From contig CP070677.1 in the NCBI GenBank assembly GCA_020352495.1, positions 2,577,501-2,641,500 on the forward strand: 64,000 nt of DNA, read 5' to 3'. Below the pieces are notes generated by a model. The model did no database searches. It saw nothing but the letters and a program-made list of their open reading frames with translations, and was not told the origin of the DNA. A program made the position numbers and the translations under genes. Each line of letters opens with the position of its first letter. The stretch's first letter is position 1. This DNA is from Candidatus Latescibacterota bacterium. Lineage in GTDB: Bacteria > Krumholzibacteriota > Krumholzibacteriia > WVZY01. Positions 1 to 11,300 of this stretch are shown piece by piece.

Positions 1-564
1 CGTTTCGTTGTCCGCGATCGGTTGGAATTCGCCGTACCCCACCGCCGAGAGTCGATCGGCTTCCATCTCGTGTTTTTTCATCATATAGTGAACAACCGCG
101 CACGCACGGTGTGAGGCAAGCTCCCAGTTGGATGGGTATTTGTTCCGGTAAGCCATGGCGAGACCGACGTTATCCGTGTGACCTTCGACGCGAATTTGAC
201 GCTCGGGATAGTTCCCCGCCACTTCGGCAATCTTGTCGATCACGTCTTTCCCCGACTGAGAAAGCGTGGCGCTTCCCGAATTGAAAAGAACCGCTTCCGA
301 CACGGTCACAACCGACTGGGCGTCCTTTTCCTCTAGCCATACCTGCTCTTTTGCCTTGTAATCGGCAAGCGCATCGTTCAGCTCCTGGCTCAGCTCGGCA
401 TTCCGCTGTTCCTCGCCCGAGAGCTTCTGTTGAAGACCGGTTACCTCACCTTCGAGCTCGGCGATCCGGGCGTCCTTCTCCATCAGTTCCTTTTTGTTCG
501 CCGCACAGCCCATGGCGAGGAGGCCAATGACTAGAGCCACCACGATCCAAGATCTTTCCCTCAT
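1..564 (-). CDS. OmpA-family lipoprotein (OmpA/MotB peptidoglycan-binding domain), partial; C-terminus lies beyond window start
   Basis: Minus-strand translation from ATG (complement of 562-564): MRERSWIVVALVIGLLAMGC (signal peptide plus lipobox), coiled-coil region, then ...RVEGHTDNVG...NWELASHRACAVVHYMM (OmpA_C motif). The ORF runs off the window edge. Confidence 0.75.
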   Translation of the reverse strand, partial: MRERSWIVVALVIGLLAMGCAANKKELMEKDARIAELEGEVTGLQQKLSGEEQRNAELSQELNDALADYKAKEQVWLEEKDAQSVVTVSEAVLFNSGSATLSQSGKDVIDKIAEVAGNYPERQIRVEGHTDNVGLAMAYRNKYPSNWELASHRACAVVHYMMKKHEMEADRLSAVGYGEFQPIADNET

Positions 565-716
565 ATACAACCTGCCTTGGTTGAGTGTGTAAAGCGGCAA
601 CGGGTTTTGACAATGGGCGCGTTTGAGTGTCCGTCACATCACGACAAAGACGACATGTTAATCGTATTGTTAAACTCCGTCAACAAGAATTGATACGGGC
701 TCTTCCGGGCCAAGAC

Positions 717-1946
717 CTAACTTGCGTTTTCGGAATCGGCTCTCAGCCGCGTTCTCACGACGACCTCCGAATGAAGCGTCCGGTGAACGGGGCACTTGTC
801 GGCGATCTCGAGAAGCCGCGCACGTTGATCGTTGTCGAGAGGACCTCCGACTTGGATTTCGCGCTCGATTACATCGATCTTTCCCACCTGCGTCTCGCAC
901 TGTTCGCAATCCGCCGCGTGGATCTTTTCGTGCGAGAGCCTTACGATGATCTCATGGAGCGGCCACTCCTTGCGGTCCGCATACATTCTCAACGTGATCG
1001 ATGTGCAAGCCCCCAAACCGGCGAGTAGATACTGGTACGGTGAACCGCCTTTGTCCGTCCCACCGACCGACAACGGTTCATCGGCCGTCATTTGGTGGAC
1101 ACCGGCCGCAATCTCCGTTCGGTATCTCTCCTGCTCGGTCCGGACGATCACCTCACCTTTCTCTCCACGATCCGCCCCGTCCGGGTAATCGACGTATTTG
1201 CGTCCCCAAGCAGCCACAACTTCGCCAACGTAACATGAGTCGTTTTCGTCGCCGAGAAGATGATCCGCCCGATCGAGCGAAACAAAGCTCTTTGGATGCC
1301 GGGCAGCGACAAAAATCTCCTGCGCGTTCTCGATCCCCACGATGTTGTCACTCGGTGAGTGAAAAATCAGCAGCGCCTTCCCAAGGTTTCCAATGTGTTC
1401 CTGCATCCTCGAGCGCTCGAGATCGTCAAGAAACTGTTTTTTGATCCGAAACGACCGGCCGGCGAGAACCACAACCGCCTCCCCCGACTTCTCGATCACA
1501 TCCGCCGCGTCGCGGAGCACCTTTTTTAGGTGACGCGGATCGCTCGGTGCGGCGATCGTTGCCACCGCCACCGCGGAGGGTATTCTGGAGGCGGCCTGGA
1601 GGATTGCCGCGCCTCCCAGTGAATGACCGACGAGTATTTTGGGTGCTTGGTGATGCGTCCCGAGGAAATTCGCCGCGGCGACGAGATCTTCCACGTTTGA
1701 CGAGAAGTTCGTGTCGGCGAAGTCGCCTCCGCTCTCCCCCAACCCCGTGAAATCAAACCGAAACACCGCGATTCCTCTCCCACACAATGCTCGGCTGATG
1801 TTTGTGACCGATTTGTAGTTCTTCGAACACGTGAAACAATGTGCAAAGAGCGCAAACGCCATGGGCTTTCCGGACAACGGGAGATCCAGTCTGGCGGAAA
1901 GCTTGTCTCCGGCGTTGTTCTCAAAAGTGATCCTATGGGTTATCAT
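717..1946 (-). CDS. bifunctional alpha/beta hydrolase / OsmC-Ohr family protein
   Basis: 409 aa. N-terminal GHSLGG nucleophile elbow with a hydrolase fold. C-terminal ~140 aa shows OsmC/Ohr-like two-Cys peroxiredoxin features (GGTDKGGSPYQYLLAGLGACTSITLRMYA). This is a known fusion architecture. Confidence 0.8.
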   Translation of the reverse strand: MITHRITFENNAGDKLSARLDLPLSGKPMAFALFAHCFTCSKNYKSVTNISRALCGRGIAVFRFDFTGLGESGGDFADTNFSSNVEDLVAAANFLGTHHQAPKILVGHSLGGAAILQAASRIPSAVAVATIAAPSDPRHLKKVLRDAADVIEKSGEAVVVLAGRSFRIKKQFLDDLERSRMQEHIGNLGKALLIFHSPSDNIVGIENAQEIFVAARHPKSFVSLDRADHLLGDENDSCYVGEVVAAWGRKYVDYPDGADRGEKGEVIVRTEQERYRTEIAAGVHQMTADEPLSVGGTDKGGSPYQYLLAGLGACTSITLRMYADRKEWPLHEIIVRLSHEKIHAADCEQCETQVGKIDVIEREIQVGGPLDNDQRARLLEIADKCPVHRTLHSEVVVRTRLRADSENAS

Positions 1947-2430
1947 GTCTTTTCCCCTGTGTTAATGTCCCGGTTCGAGTGTAGGATACCACACTCACCG
2001 AGAGACTGGACTTCCCATACCACGGCCGACATCGCCACGCACAAGGACCCATTCCTCTTGAACCAACCGAGGTAACGCCTTACGGACAAATAGGTTATGG
2101 ACAGGCACGTCGACCGGTTTCGCGCCAATTCACCACTTCCCCTTTTCCCCTGGATGCGTTATGATCAGGTACCTCGAACCGCTTTCTGCCCGTGAGGGCC
2201 TTGCGGAGAGTTCCCGTGTCCAGCCGACGGGATCCCATTTCCAAGAGGTAGTAAACAAGACAACTTACGCGCTGAACGAATCTATCGAATTATCAGGCCA
2301 AGGCCGTGTATATAGTCCTCAGAGGTTCTTTCCCGGGGAATAGGCACCTAAGTGTACTCGTAACAATCGGCCCCACCCCACCGTATACTAGAGAGCACGT
2401 TTTTTTTCGACGCAAAGAAAGGAGCTGGAT

Positions 2431-3762
2431 GTGAGCACTTTTACACGTTCGACAGTAAAACCCCTAAAGATCGCAAACATGAACACCCGCCACCGGACGC
2501 TGTGGGCGTTGGCCGTGTTCGTCACGGCGGCCATGGTACTGATCCAGTGTGCGTTGCCGACGCAGGCGGCCGACTGGAAGGGTAAGGAAACCACAAAAGA
2601 CGGTATCCGTTGTCTTGTCAGCCCCCGCGAACCAATGGAGCCCCGTATCACGTCCGAACTCGAGGAGCTTTGGCGGATCGGGGGGGACACGGACGACGAG
2701 GACGAGTTCTTTGGCGTCATTCTGCAAATCCTGACGGACGACCACGGGAACGTGTATCTTCTCGATTCGCAACTCAATCAAGTCAAGGTTTTCTCTCCCG
2801 ACGGTGAGTACGTCAGAGAGTTCGGACGCGAGGGCGAGGGTCCAGGCGAGTTCCGGTTCGCGTCGGATATGTTTTTCACCGCCGACGGAAACATCGGAGT
2901 CCTGCAGGCGGCCCCCGGCAAGATCATTCTCTTCACACCCGAGGGTGAGCCGGCCGGTGAACATCCGATTCCAACGCGTGAAGACGGTGGCATGGTGATC
3001 CTATCCAATGGATCTTACAGGGCGGGCAATCTCGTCTTGCTCGCCATGGCGCAGGCCTTCTCAGAGAACCGTTACGAACGAACCGATTACTTGGTTAGCG
3101 TCGATCCCGAAGGCGGCGAAAAAGCCCGTTACCATTCAAGGTCGCGCGTGCTCGATACCGCGAACCCCGTTTTGAGCGAAGGCGAGTGGACACCGTTTTC
3201 CGGCCGCTGGGCGATCGGCGCGGATGGACGCGTATACGTGTGCACGAGCCGCGATGACTACACGATCAAAACCTGGAACCGCGATGGCACACCCGACCGT
3301 ATCATTGAGCGCGAATACACTCACCGCAAAAGGACAGCCGAACAAAAGAAGGTTATCGACGACCTATTTGGAGTATTCGCCAACATGATTCCAAACGGGA
3401 CGTTCGAGACCTCGGATTACGACGGCGATATCGCGGCCATCTATGTTCGCGAGGACGGCAGCCTTTGGGTCCTCACGAGCGACGGGACGCGTGATCTCCC
3501 CGATGGGAGTCTGGGAGTTTTTGATATTTTCGATCAGGAGGGCCGTCTCCTTCGGCAGGTTGCATTGAACGGTGACGGAGATCCGGAAACCGATGGCTAC
3601 TATTTTTCCGGTGACCGTATGTATGTAGTAACGGACTGGCTGCAGGCGCTCATATCGCTCCAATCGGGTGAACAGTCGTTCCAGGTCGGGGACGAGGAGC
3701 CCGAGCCGATGAGCGTGATCTGCTACCAGCTTGCCGCCGATGTTCAGACGTCGCAAAAATAG
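2431..3762 (+). CDS. secreted NHL-like / 6-bladed beta-propeller repeat protein
   Basis: 443 aa. N-terminal signal peptide (TLWALAVFVTAAMVLIQCALPTQA). Repeated '...VYLLDSQLNQVKVFSPDGEYVREFGREGEGPGEF...' NHL-type blades. RBS aaaggag lies upstream. Confidence 0.6.
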   Translation: MSTFTRSTVKPLKIANMNTRHRTLWALAVFVTAAMVLIQCALPTQAADWKGKETTKDGIRCLVSPREPMEPRITSELEELWRIGGDTDDEDEFFGVILQILTDDHGNVYLLDSQLNQVKVFSPDGEYVREFGREGEGPGEFRFASDMFFTADGNIGVLQAAPGKIILFTPEGEPAGEHPIPTREDGGMVILSNGSYRAGNLVLLAMAQAFSENRYERTDYLVSVDPEGGEKARYHSRSRVLDTANPVLSEGEWTPFSGRWAIGADGRVYVCTSRDDYTIKTWNRDGTPDRIIEREYTHRKRTAEQKKVIDDLFGVFANMIPNGTFETSDYDGDIAAIYVREDGSLWVLTSDGTRDLPDGSLGVFDIFDQEGRLLRQVALNGDGDPETDGYYFSGDRMYVVTDWLQALISLQSGEQSFQVGDEEPEPMSVICYQLAADVQTSQK

Positions 3763-3819
3763 ACACTCGAACCAAGCGCTCTGCCGGCCCCCCACCGGCA
3801 GAGCCACCTATACCGAAAT

Positions 3820-5184
3820 ATGAAACACTCACACAGTTCCCTTTCGATAAGACCCAGAGTGAGACACTGGTGTTGGTTGATCGCCGTCATTATGTGCATT
3901 ATGTGTCTTTGTTTGCCGCTCACCGGATGCGGTTCGGGCGAGTCTGGGGAACAAGACGATTCCAAAGAGACGGGCGACAGCACCGAGGTGAAGACGGACA
4001 CGGACGACAAATCGGATGACACGGCCGGCGCGGATACCACCACCGCCAAAAAGAAAAAGAAGAAGACACGTGAACGGACGACGTCGGTAAACGCGGCGAA
4101 TGTGAGCCGGGGCGATCTCATCATCCCGGTCGTTGCAGAGGGCACCGTTCGTGCGCGTCAGTCCGCGGAAATCCGTACCGAGATCAACGGTCGGATCGCG
4201 AGGATCGCCGCCCGCGAGGGGCAACGGGTTCGAAAAGCCCAACTGATTCTCAGCCTGGACGCGCGGGAATATGAAGTGGCAGCGGAAGAGGCGCGCTCAA
4301 AATATCTCCAAGCATTGAGCGTTCTGGCTGTCGAAGAGGATTCTGCCGAAGTCTTCGAGCGTCCCTCGGAGATCATTGAAAAGATACGCGAACTCAAACA
4401 GCTCGAGAAAAAGGGCACCATTACACGTGAGGAACGCCTCGCCCGCGAGATTGCCCTGGATGTCCAGGCGCTCAGAGAAGGCGAGTTTCGCATCGACATG
4501 GCCGCTGCTCGCAGCGGTGTGACGACGGCGCGTACGACGCTCGAACGCGCGTACCTGGACCTCGAGCGAACGGAGATACGAGCTCCGTTTTCCGGGGTTG
4601 TCACCGGGCTCACGCTCTCGGCCGGCGAACACGTTACGACGAGTCAAACCGTGTGCACGCTGGTAAACAACACCGATCTCGAGGCGGAGGTAGGCGTGCT
4701 CGAATCGGACATCGGTTATCTCGATGTTGGACGTCCCGCGCTCCTCGCAATACCCGCGCTGGGCGAAACACTCAGTGTTGACGTCGATGTGATCAGCCCC
4801 CATTTCGATCGTTCGAGCCGAACTTGCGAAGTGCTTCTCCGGCTCGAGAATCCAGGCCAGCGGGTAAGACCTGGAATGTTCGTGCGGGCAATCATTGCCG
4901 GACAGAAGTTTGAAGACCGTCTCCTCGCTCCGCGCGAGGCGATCCTGACCCGCGATGGCCGGCCGCTTCTCTTCAAAGTCGAAGGTGACCGCGCCAAGTG
5001 GCTTTACCTCCAAATCGGCCAACAAAACGATTACGTCGTCGAGATCGAACGCGTTCTGCAGGGTGGGACGCTGTCCCCCGGTGACCGGGTCGTCGTGTCA
5101 AATCACCTCACGCTTTCCCACGACGCCAAGATCAAAGTCAAAAAGACGGTCCCATTCGGTGATCCGTGGGAAGCCAGGGAGTAA
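3820..5184 (+). CDS. efflux RND transporter periplasmic adaptor subunit (membrane fusion protein, HlyD family)
   Basis: 454 aa. Lipobox LTGCGSG. Acidic low-complexity region plus KKKKKK run. Coiled-coil and biotinyl/lipoyl-like beta-barrel motifs (TEIRAPFSGVVTGL). Immediately followed by two RND permeases. Confidence 0.85.
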   Translation: MKHSHSSLSIRPRVRHWCWLIAVIMCIMCLCLPLTGCGSGESGEQDDSKETGDSTEVKTDTDDKSDDTAGADTTTAKKKKKKTRERTTSVNAANVSRGDLIIPVVAEGTVRARQSAEIRTEINGRIARIAAREGQRVRKAQLILSLDAREYEVAAEEARSKYLQALSVLAVEEDSAEVFERPSEIIEKIRELKQLEKKGTITREERLAREIALDVQALREGEFRIDMAAARSGVTTARTTLERAYLDLERTEIRAPFSGVVTGLTLSAGEHVTTSQTVCTLVNNTDLEAEVGVLESDIGYLDVGRPALLAIPALGETLSVDVDVISPHFDRSSRTCEVLLRLENPGQRVRPGMFVRAIIAGQKFEDRLLAPREAILTRDGRPLLFKVEGDRAKWLYLQIGQQNDYVVEIERVLQGGTLSPGDRVVVSNHLTLSHDAKIKVKKTVPFGDPWEARE

Positions 5185-5193
5185 GGTGACGCA

Positions 5194-8100
5194 ATGCTGC
5201 GTTTCGTCATCCAGCGCCCTATCGCTATCAGCATGTTCTTTCTCGCGCTGATGTTGATTGGGATCCTGAGCTTCCGACGTCTTCCCGTTGACCTTCTTCC
5301 ATCGATCACATATCCCCGACTCACAGTCATTACCACGTACGAGGACATCCCCGCAGAGGACCTCGAACGGTTGGTTACGCAAAGACTCGAGGAGGTCGTT
5401 ACCGCGCTTTCCGGGGTGCGCCGAGTCATCTCGCGAACCCGAGAAGGTATCTCGATCATCACCGTCGAGTACGAATGGGGAACGCAAATGGATTTTGCGA
5501 ATCTCCATCTCAGAGAGGCGGTGGATCGCGTTGCGTTTCGTGACGATTTTCCAACGGATGCCGAACGCCCTGTGATCCTGCGGTGGGATCCGCTTTCCCG
5601 TCCGATCAGCATTCTCACGCTAAAAGGCACAGACCGAATCGAATCGATGACCGAGTTCGCTACCGAAGTCGTAAAACCGGCCCTCCAACAGGTGGACGGC
5701 GTGAGCCAGGCCGAGGTCGTCGGTGGCGCCGAGCGCGAAATCCTCGTCGAACCCGACGTGAAGAAGATGGCGATTTATGGCGTTACAATTGAGGACATCC
5801 AGCGAGCGCTCGCGCGAAGCAACGTTTCGTTTCCCGGTGGCAAAATTCGCAAGGGGCCACTCCACCTGAGCCTTCGGATCGTGGGCGAATACGAGACCCT
5901 CGATGATATAGAAGCGACCGACATCATCCGGCCCGGTCAGTCTCCCGTGCGCGTTTCCGACGTGGCCCGTGTTGTCGATACTGTCAAGGATCCCGAAGGC
6001 ATCACGCTTCTCGGCGGTGACCCCGTCGTTTCGTTTCTGCTATACAAAGAGCCCGAGGCGAACACCATTCAAGTCTCCGAAGAGGTCGACCGGGCTCTGG
6101 AAGTGTTGGTCGAAGACTACGGTGATTTCGACTATGAGTTCGTCTACCGGGACGCCGATTACGTGCGTGCGTCATTCCAAGGTCTCGTTCAATCATTGAT
6201 CATCGGTGCGTGTCTTGCTTTTCTCGTCCTGTTCTTTTTTCTCCGCGACGTGAGAAGCCCGGTCGTCGTCGGAATCTCGATCCCCGTTTCGATCTTTATC
6301 GCATTCGCTTTTCTGTACTTCGGAAGAGTCAAACTCAACCTGATGAGCCTCGGTGGTCTTTCTCTGGCGGCAGGTATGTTGGTCGACAACGCCATCGTCG
6401 TTCTCGAAAACATCAACCGCCACCTGACGGACGTTTTTCGAAAACACCCCGAGTCACCTGCGTCCGCCAACGATTCGGCGGAACTGGGCAGACGGCGCAA
6501 AGTAGCCGAGGCGTCCGTAAGGGGAACGGGAGAAGTCGCAAGGGCCGTACTGGCCGCGACGTTTACGACAGTGGCCGTTTTCTTCCCCGTCGTCTATGTC
6601 CCAGGGATTGCCGGCGCGTTTTTCCGGGATCAGGCTCTCGCCGTTGTTTTTTCGCTTCTCGTCTCTATCGGCACGGCGCTTCTGCTCCAGCCGATGCTCT
6701 CCGCCCGGCTGTTGTCAAAGCGCCATGGGCCTCCGAAAGGGATATTCCGATTGTTTGCCCGGGGATTCGACTCCGTTTACAACGGGTACCACGTCATATT
6801 GGTAAAAGTGCTCCGCCGCCCGGGGCTCATGTTGACCTGCTTGGCCGTGGGGCTGGTCGCAGCGGCTCTACTCGGTCTCCAACTCCGCCGGAGCTTCATG
6901 CCCGAACGAAGCGCGGGTGATCTCCGAATCGAACTCGAACTGCCAAGCGGCACTCCCCTGGAAGAGACCGCTGCAACAGTGGCGTCGTTCGCCGAGTGGC
7001 TGGACGCGGACGATGATGTCAAGAGTGTCTTTGCCCAGGTAGGACGGACGGAAAAAACCCTCGAATCGCTCAACGAGTACACTGCGCCAAACACGGCGAA
7101 CATTCGCGTCATTCTCAACCCCGGCCGCGGGGGACGAAAGAAAGGGCAGCGTATTCAGACCGAGGCAACGCAGCGACTCGCTCAGATGCCCGGGATACAA
7201 TACGCATTCCGCGAGGAAGGCATCGGGCTGGGCGAGATTCTGGCGACCGACGAGGCACCTTTCAGTCTCGGCGTCGTTGCCGAGGACCCACTCGCTGCCG
7301 TCGAGGTCGCCGAAGAACTGATGCGTCGTCTCTCCGACGGTTCGACACTCCGTGATCTACAGGTCGATCGTGTCATCGGGACACCAAATCTCGTGGTGCA
7401 ACTCGACGCCGAAGAGATCCTAAGAAGCGGTCTCGATCCGGACGCGGTGGCCCGCGAGCTGCGCAATCGTATTCGTGGTGTCGAGGCCACGACGTTTAAC
7501 GAGGTCGATCAGCGGATCGACATCTCGGTTCGGATTCCCAGGAAGCAGCGCAGGGATCTCTCGTTGGCGTTGAATTCACCGGTGGAGTTGGCCGACGGGG
7601 AAACGGTTCCGTTACGCTCGTACCTCGACGTGAGTGAGGAGAGTCCGGTTCGTGAGCTTACGCGCCGTAATCAGAGACGTATGGTCACCATCTCGGCCGA
7701 TCTCCAGGGTGGCTCACTCGACGACGCGTGGCGTGAGGCAATGGACGCCGCATCGACCATGGATCTCCCGTCCGGAGTGGCCATAGTCCAAAGCGGCCAG
7801 CGCGCCGAAATGACACGGAGCTTCAGAGACCTCGGTTGGGCAATGCTCCTGGCGGTCCTCCTCGTTTACATGATTCTAGCCGCGCAGTTCGAGTCGTTTG
7901 TCGACCCGCTCTTGATCGCGGTGGTTCTACCAATCGGGCTTGGGGGCTCGATTCTGGCCATCGGGGTCACCGGCGGATCGGTCAATATCCTTTCGCTGAT
8001 TGGTATGGTTGCGTTGATTGGCATCGCCGTAAACGACGCGATAATCAAGGTGGATACCATCCGACGGCTCCGCGCCCAAGGGATGGATGGCTATCCGGCC

Positions 8101-8325
8101 ATCGTCGAAGCGAGCCGTCTGCGATTCCGACCGATTCTGATGACGAGCGCATCGACGATTCTCGCCATGGTCCCGCTTGCCGTTGGGATGGGAAGCGGTG
8201 AACAACTCCAACGACCCTTGGCGTTGACGATCATCGGTGGACTCTTCCTTACCACGGCGCTCACGCTTTTCTACACACCGATCCTCTACCAGGTCGTACA
8301 CAAGATCCGGAGGACCGAGGAATGA
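5194..8325 (+). CDS. efflux RND transporter permease subunit (AcrB/MdtB-like)
   Basis: 1043 aa with 12-TM RND architecture. Conserved AcrB-type motifs (LSLGGLSLAAGMLVDNAIVVLENI; ALIGIAVNDAII). RBS aaggtga precedes the start. Confidence 0.9.
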   Translation: MLRFVIQRPIAISMFFLALMLIGILSFRRLPVDLLPSITYPRLTVITTYEDIPAEDLERLVTQRLEEVVTALSGVRRVISRTREGISIITVEYEWGTQMDFANLHLREAVDRVAFRDDFPTDAERPVILRWDPLSRPISILTLKGTDRIESMTEFATEVVKPALQQVDGVSQAEVVGGAEREILVEPDVKKMAIYGVTIEDIQRALARSNVSFPGGKIRKGPLHLSLRIVGEYETLDDIEATDIIRPGQSPVRVSDVARVVDTVKDPEGITLLGGDPVVSFLLYKEPEANTIQVSEEVDRALEVLVEDYGDFDYEFVYRDADYVRASFQGLVQSLIIGACLAFLVLFFFLRDVRSPVVVGISIPVSIFIAFAFLYFGRVKLNLMSLGGLSLAAGMLVDNAIVVLENINRHLTDVFRKHPESPASANDSAELGRRRKVAEASVRGTGEVARAVLAATFTTVAVFFPVVYVPGIAGAFFRDQALAVVFSLLVSIGTALLLQPMLSARLLSKRHGPPKGIFRLFARGFDSVYNGYHVILVKVLRRPGLMLTCLAVGLVAAALLGLQLRRSFMPERSAGDLRIELELPSGTPLEETAATVASFAEWLDADDDVKSVFAQVGRTEKTLESLNEYTAPNTANIRVILNPGRGGRKKGQRIQTEATQRLAQMPGIQYAFREEGIGLGEILATDEAPFSLGVVAEDPLAAVEVAEELMRRLSDGSTLRDLQVDRVIGTPNLVVQLDAEEILRSGLDPDAVARELRNRIRGVEATTFNEVDQRIDISVRIPRKQRRDLSLALNSPVELADGETVPLRSYLDVSEESPVRELTRRNQRRMVTISADLQGGSLDDAWREAMDAASTMDLPSGVAIVQSGQRAEMTRSFRDLGWAMLLAVLLVYMILAAQFESFVDPLLIAVVLPIGLGGSILAIGVTGGSVNILSLIGMVALIGIAVNDAIIKVDTIRRLRAQGMDGYPAIVEASRLRFRPILMTSASTILAMVPLAVGMGSGEQLQRPLALTIIGGLFLTTALTLFYTPILYQVVHKIRRTEE

Positions 8326-11300
8326 CACCCTTTTTTGTGAGGCACCCCGTTAGCACGTGGATGATATTTGCGGCATTCGTGCTATTGGGCGCCTACGCGG
8401 TGCCACGACTCCAGATTGAAGCGATACCTGAGACGGACCTCCCAACCCTAACTATTTACACGTATTGGAACGGTGCGTCCCCCCAGGCGGTCCAACGATC
8501 GATTACCATTCCCGTCGAGGAGGCGGCCCGTAAGGTCCACGGTGTGGAGACGGTCAAATCGCGTAGCTGGGCGGGACGGTCGCAGGTCGAGGTCTCGTTT
8601 CGAAGAGACGTGGATATCGACTTCGCCCGCGTCGATCTCAACGAACAGCTCGGCGAGGTGCGGCGGAACCTCCCGCTAAACGCCAGCCAACCTCAGATCG
8701 TGGCGTACGTCCCGGAGGAGTTCCGGACCGACCAGTTCTTTACCTTTAGCCTCGAGTCGCCGCTCGACCCGAACGAACTCCGCGAACTCGCCGAGACCTG
8801 GGTTACACCCCAGTTGATCGCCCTCGAGGGTGTCGCCGATGCCCGTGTATTGGGTGGCGCAAATCCGTTGATAAAGATCTTTCTCGACAGACAAAAGCTC
8901 GATCTCTACGACATAACACCCGATGAAATCTTCGCCGCAGTCGACCGGCTTGATGAGCTAAACGGCGCCGGAACCATTTACCAGGCCGGAACGGAGAAAT
9001 TCGTAGCTCTTAGAAGTCCCGTCCAATTCAATCGGCTTCAACGGGCGACAGTCGCCCAACGTGGTGACAGGATGTTTACGCTCGGGATGCTTGGGGAGGT
9101 CCACCGCGACTTCGAGGACCCGGTTTATTTCGTACGGTCGAACGGAAAAAACGTGGTCAACATTTTTGTCGAAAAGCGAAGCGGCGCCAACTCGGTGGGT
9201 GTCAGCAGGGCGCTTAGAAAAGCTCTCCCGCAGATGGAGGCCGAGGTCCCTTTCGAAGTCACTTTCCACATCGATGAGGATCAGGGTGAGGAACTCGAAT
9301 CCAAGCTCAAAGAACTCGTGTACCGTTCTCTTGTGATTCTCTTACTATTGTTCCTGCTTCTTGCGATCTCACTCCGTCAAATCAAGCTCACCGCGATCGT
9401 CACGGGCTCGATCGTATTCGCGATCGTCATTTCGCTCAGTTTCTTCTATTTTCTCCGCATCTCGGTCAACTTCATCACGATCAGCGGGCTTACCGTATGT
9501 TTTGGTCTCATTCTCGACAACAGCATTTTGGTTCTCGATGCCATCCACAGACGGCTTCGTTCGATGGACAGGGCGGAGGCTGCGGGTCTTTCGCGAATGG
9601 CCAAACTCAAAGTGGCGTTTGAGATGATTTTGGGTGGGACCCGTGAGGTCTTGTTCCCCATTCTCGCCACGACGACGACAACCGTTGTCGCGTTTGTCTC
9701 TTTTATCTTTCTCTCCGGTCGGTTGGCGCTCTTTTACGTTCCCCTTGGAATTTCCGTAGCAACGGCACTCGTCGCGTCGTTATTTGTCGCGTTTGGGTGG
9801 GTGCCCATGGTGCTTCACCGGGGCTGGGCCGCACCGATGGTCCGCCGCACCGCCGACGGACCCAACGACATTCGGGACCCACAGGAACTGGCGAAGTTCA
9901 CCGACGACGCCCCGGATTTCATGGCGCGCCGCCCGATACTCGAGCGGATCACCCAATGGAATCAAAGACTGTGGTGGATCATCGTTCCGGCGACTTTTGG
10001 TCTCTTTGTGTGGGCGGGGTTTGTCTACGACTCCAAGGTCATAAAAGGTGGGTTTTGGCGTCTTCCCGATATCGAACAGCTCATCTGTTATCTCGAGATG
10101 CCCGCCGGTACCGACATCAGACTCACTTCCGAGACTCTGATGCTTTTCGAAGAGGCGCTCATGCCGGTCCGCGATGGTGTGCGGATGCGATCACAAACGT
10201 GGGGAAACCAGGGGTTGATCCGTGTTGAGTTCGAGGACGATGTGCGCGAATCGGAGACGCCGCTCTACTACCGGACGCTACTCATGGAACAGGCGGACAA
10301 GCTCGGCGGCACCTCGGTGTTCATTTCGGGCTTCTCCGAGACGCCCTACGTAAAGGGATCCTTTGGAGGATCGATGCTCAACTCGATGATCAAAATCACA
10401 GGGTTCAACTCGCAAAGACTCAAAGAAATCGCTGAGAGGACGCTTCGTGAGATCGAACGAAACCGACGTGTGAGAAACGCTCGCATCACCACTGGCTCCC
10501 AGTTCGAGAGGATTTTCCAGGAAGAGGTCGTGATCAACGTCGACCGTGACAAGCTGGCCGTCCACGGCCTGAGCGTTATGGAGATCGTGGGGCACTTGAG
10601 ACGACTCCTCGGAGTGGACACACCGTGGACAATGCTGATCGACGAGGAGCAGAAACGCGTCCAACTCGCCTTCGAGGACTCGGAAGACATCGAGTTCGCC
10701 GACGCCGCACAGACACTCATCCAAACACCTGCCGGCGAAAACGTCCGTGTGGCCGATCTGGTGAGTGTCGATGTCCTGCCGCTTTCCGGATCGATCATAC
10801 GCGAAGATCAACGGTACACGACAAACATCAACTGGGAATATGTCGGAACGGATCAGATGAGACTTGCTTTCATAAAAAAGGTCATGGACTCCCTCGATCT
10901 GCCCTATGGTTACGATGCCGAGGAAGCCCAACGCGAGTTTTTCTCGGAAGAAGAGGAAGAAGAGCTCACGCTGACGCTGGTGTTGGCCGTGACATTCATC
11001 TTCATGGTGCTCGCCGCCTTGTTCGAGAGCGTCGCGCTCCCGTTTCTCGTTCTGATCTCTCTTCCCATGGCCTTGGTCGGGGTCTTTGTGATTTTCTGGT
11101 TGACCAATTCGGCATTTGACTCGTCCGCGCGGATCGGTTTGATCCTGCTGTTTGGTATCGTCGTCAACAACGCGATACTCCTCGCAAGCCGATTTCGGAC
11201 CGAGGCCACCCTTGTTCTCAAATCGAAGCTTGGCGTGGATCCAACGAGAAAGCTCGCCCTGTTTACCAACACGCGCACACAGCCCGGTGGCATCGATCTT

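Noticed and set aside
627-1444. Several plus-strand ORFs (627..1028, 832..1188, 1001..1444)
   Set aside because: All lie antisense within the alpha/beta-hydrolase–OsmC gene. Arg/Pro-rich translations.
1960-2000. Possible tRNA because of GGTTCGAGTG (T-loop-like) string
   Set aside because: No acceptor-stem complementarity, no anticodon-arm structure, and the T-loop consensus (GTTCGAATC) is not matched.
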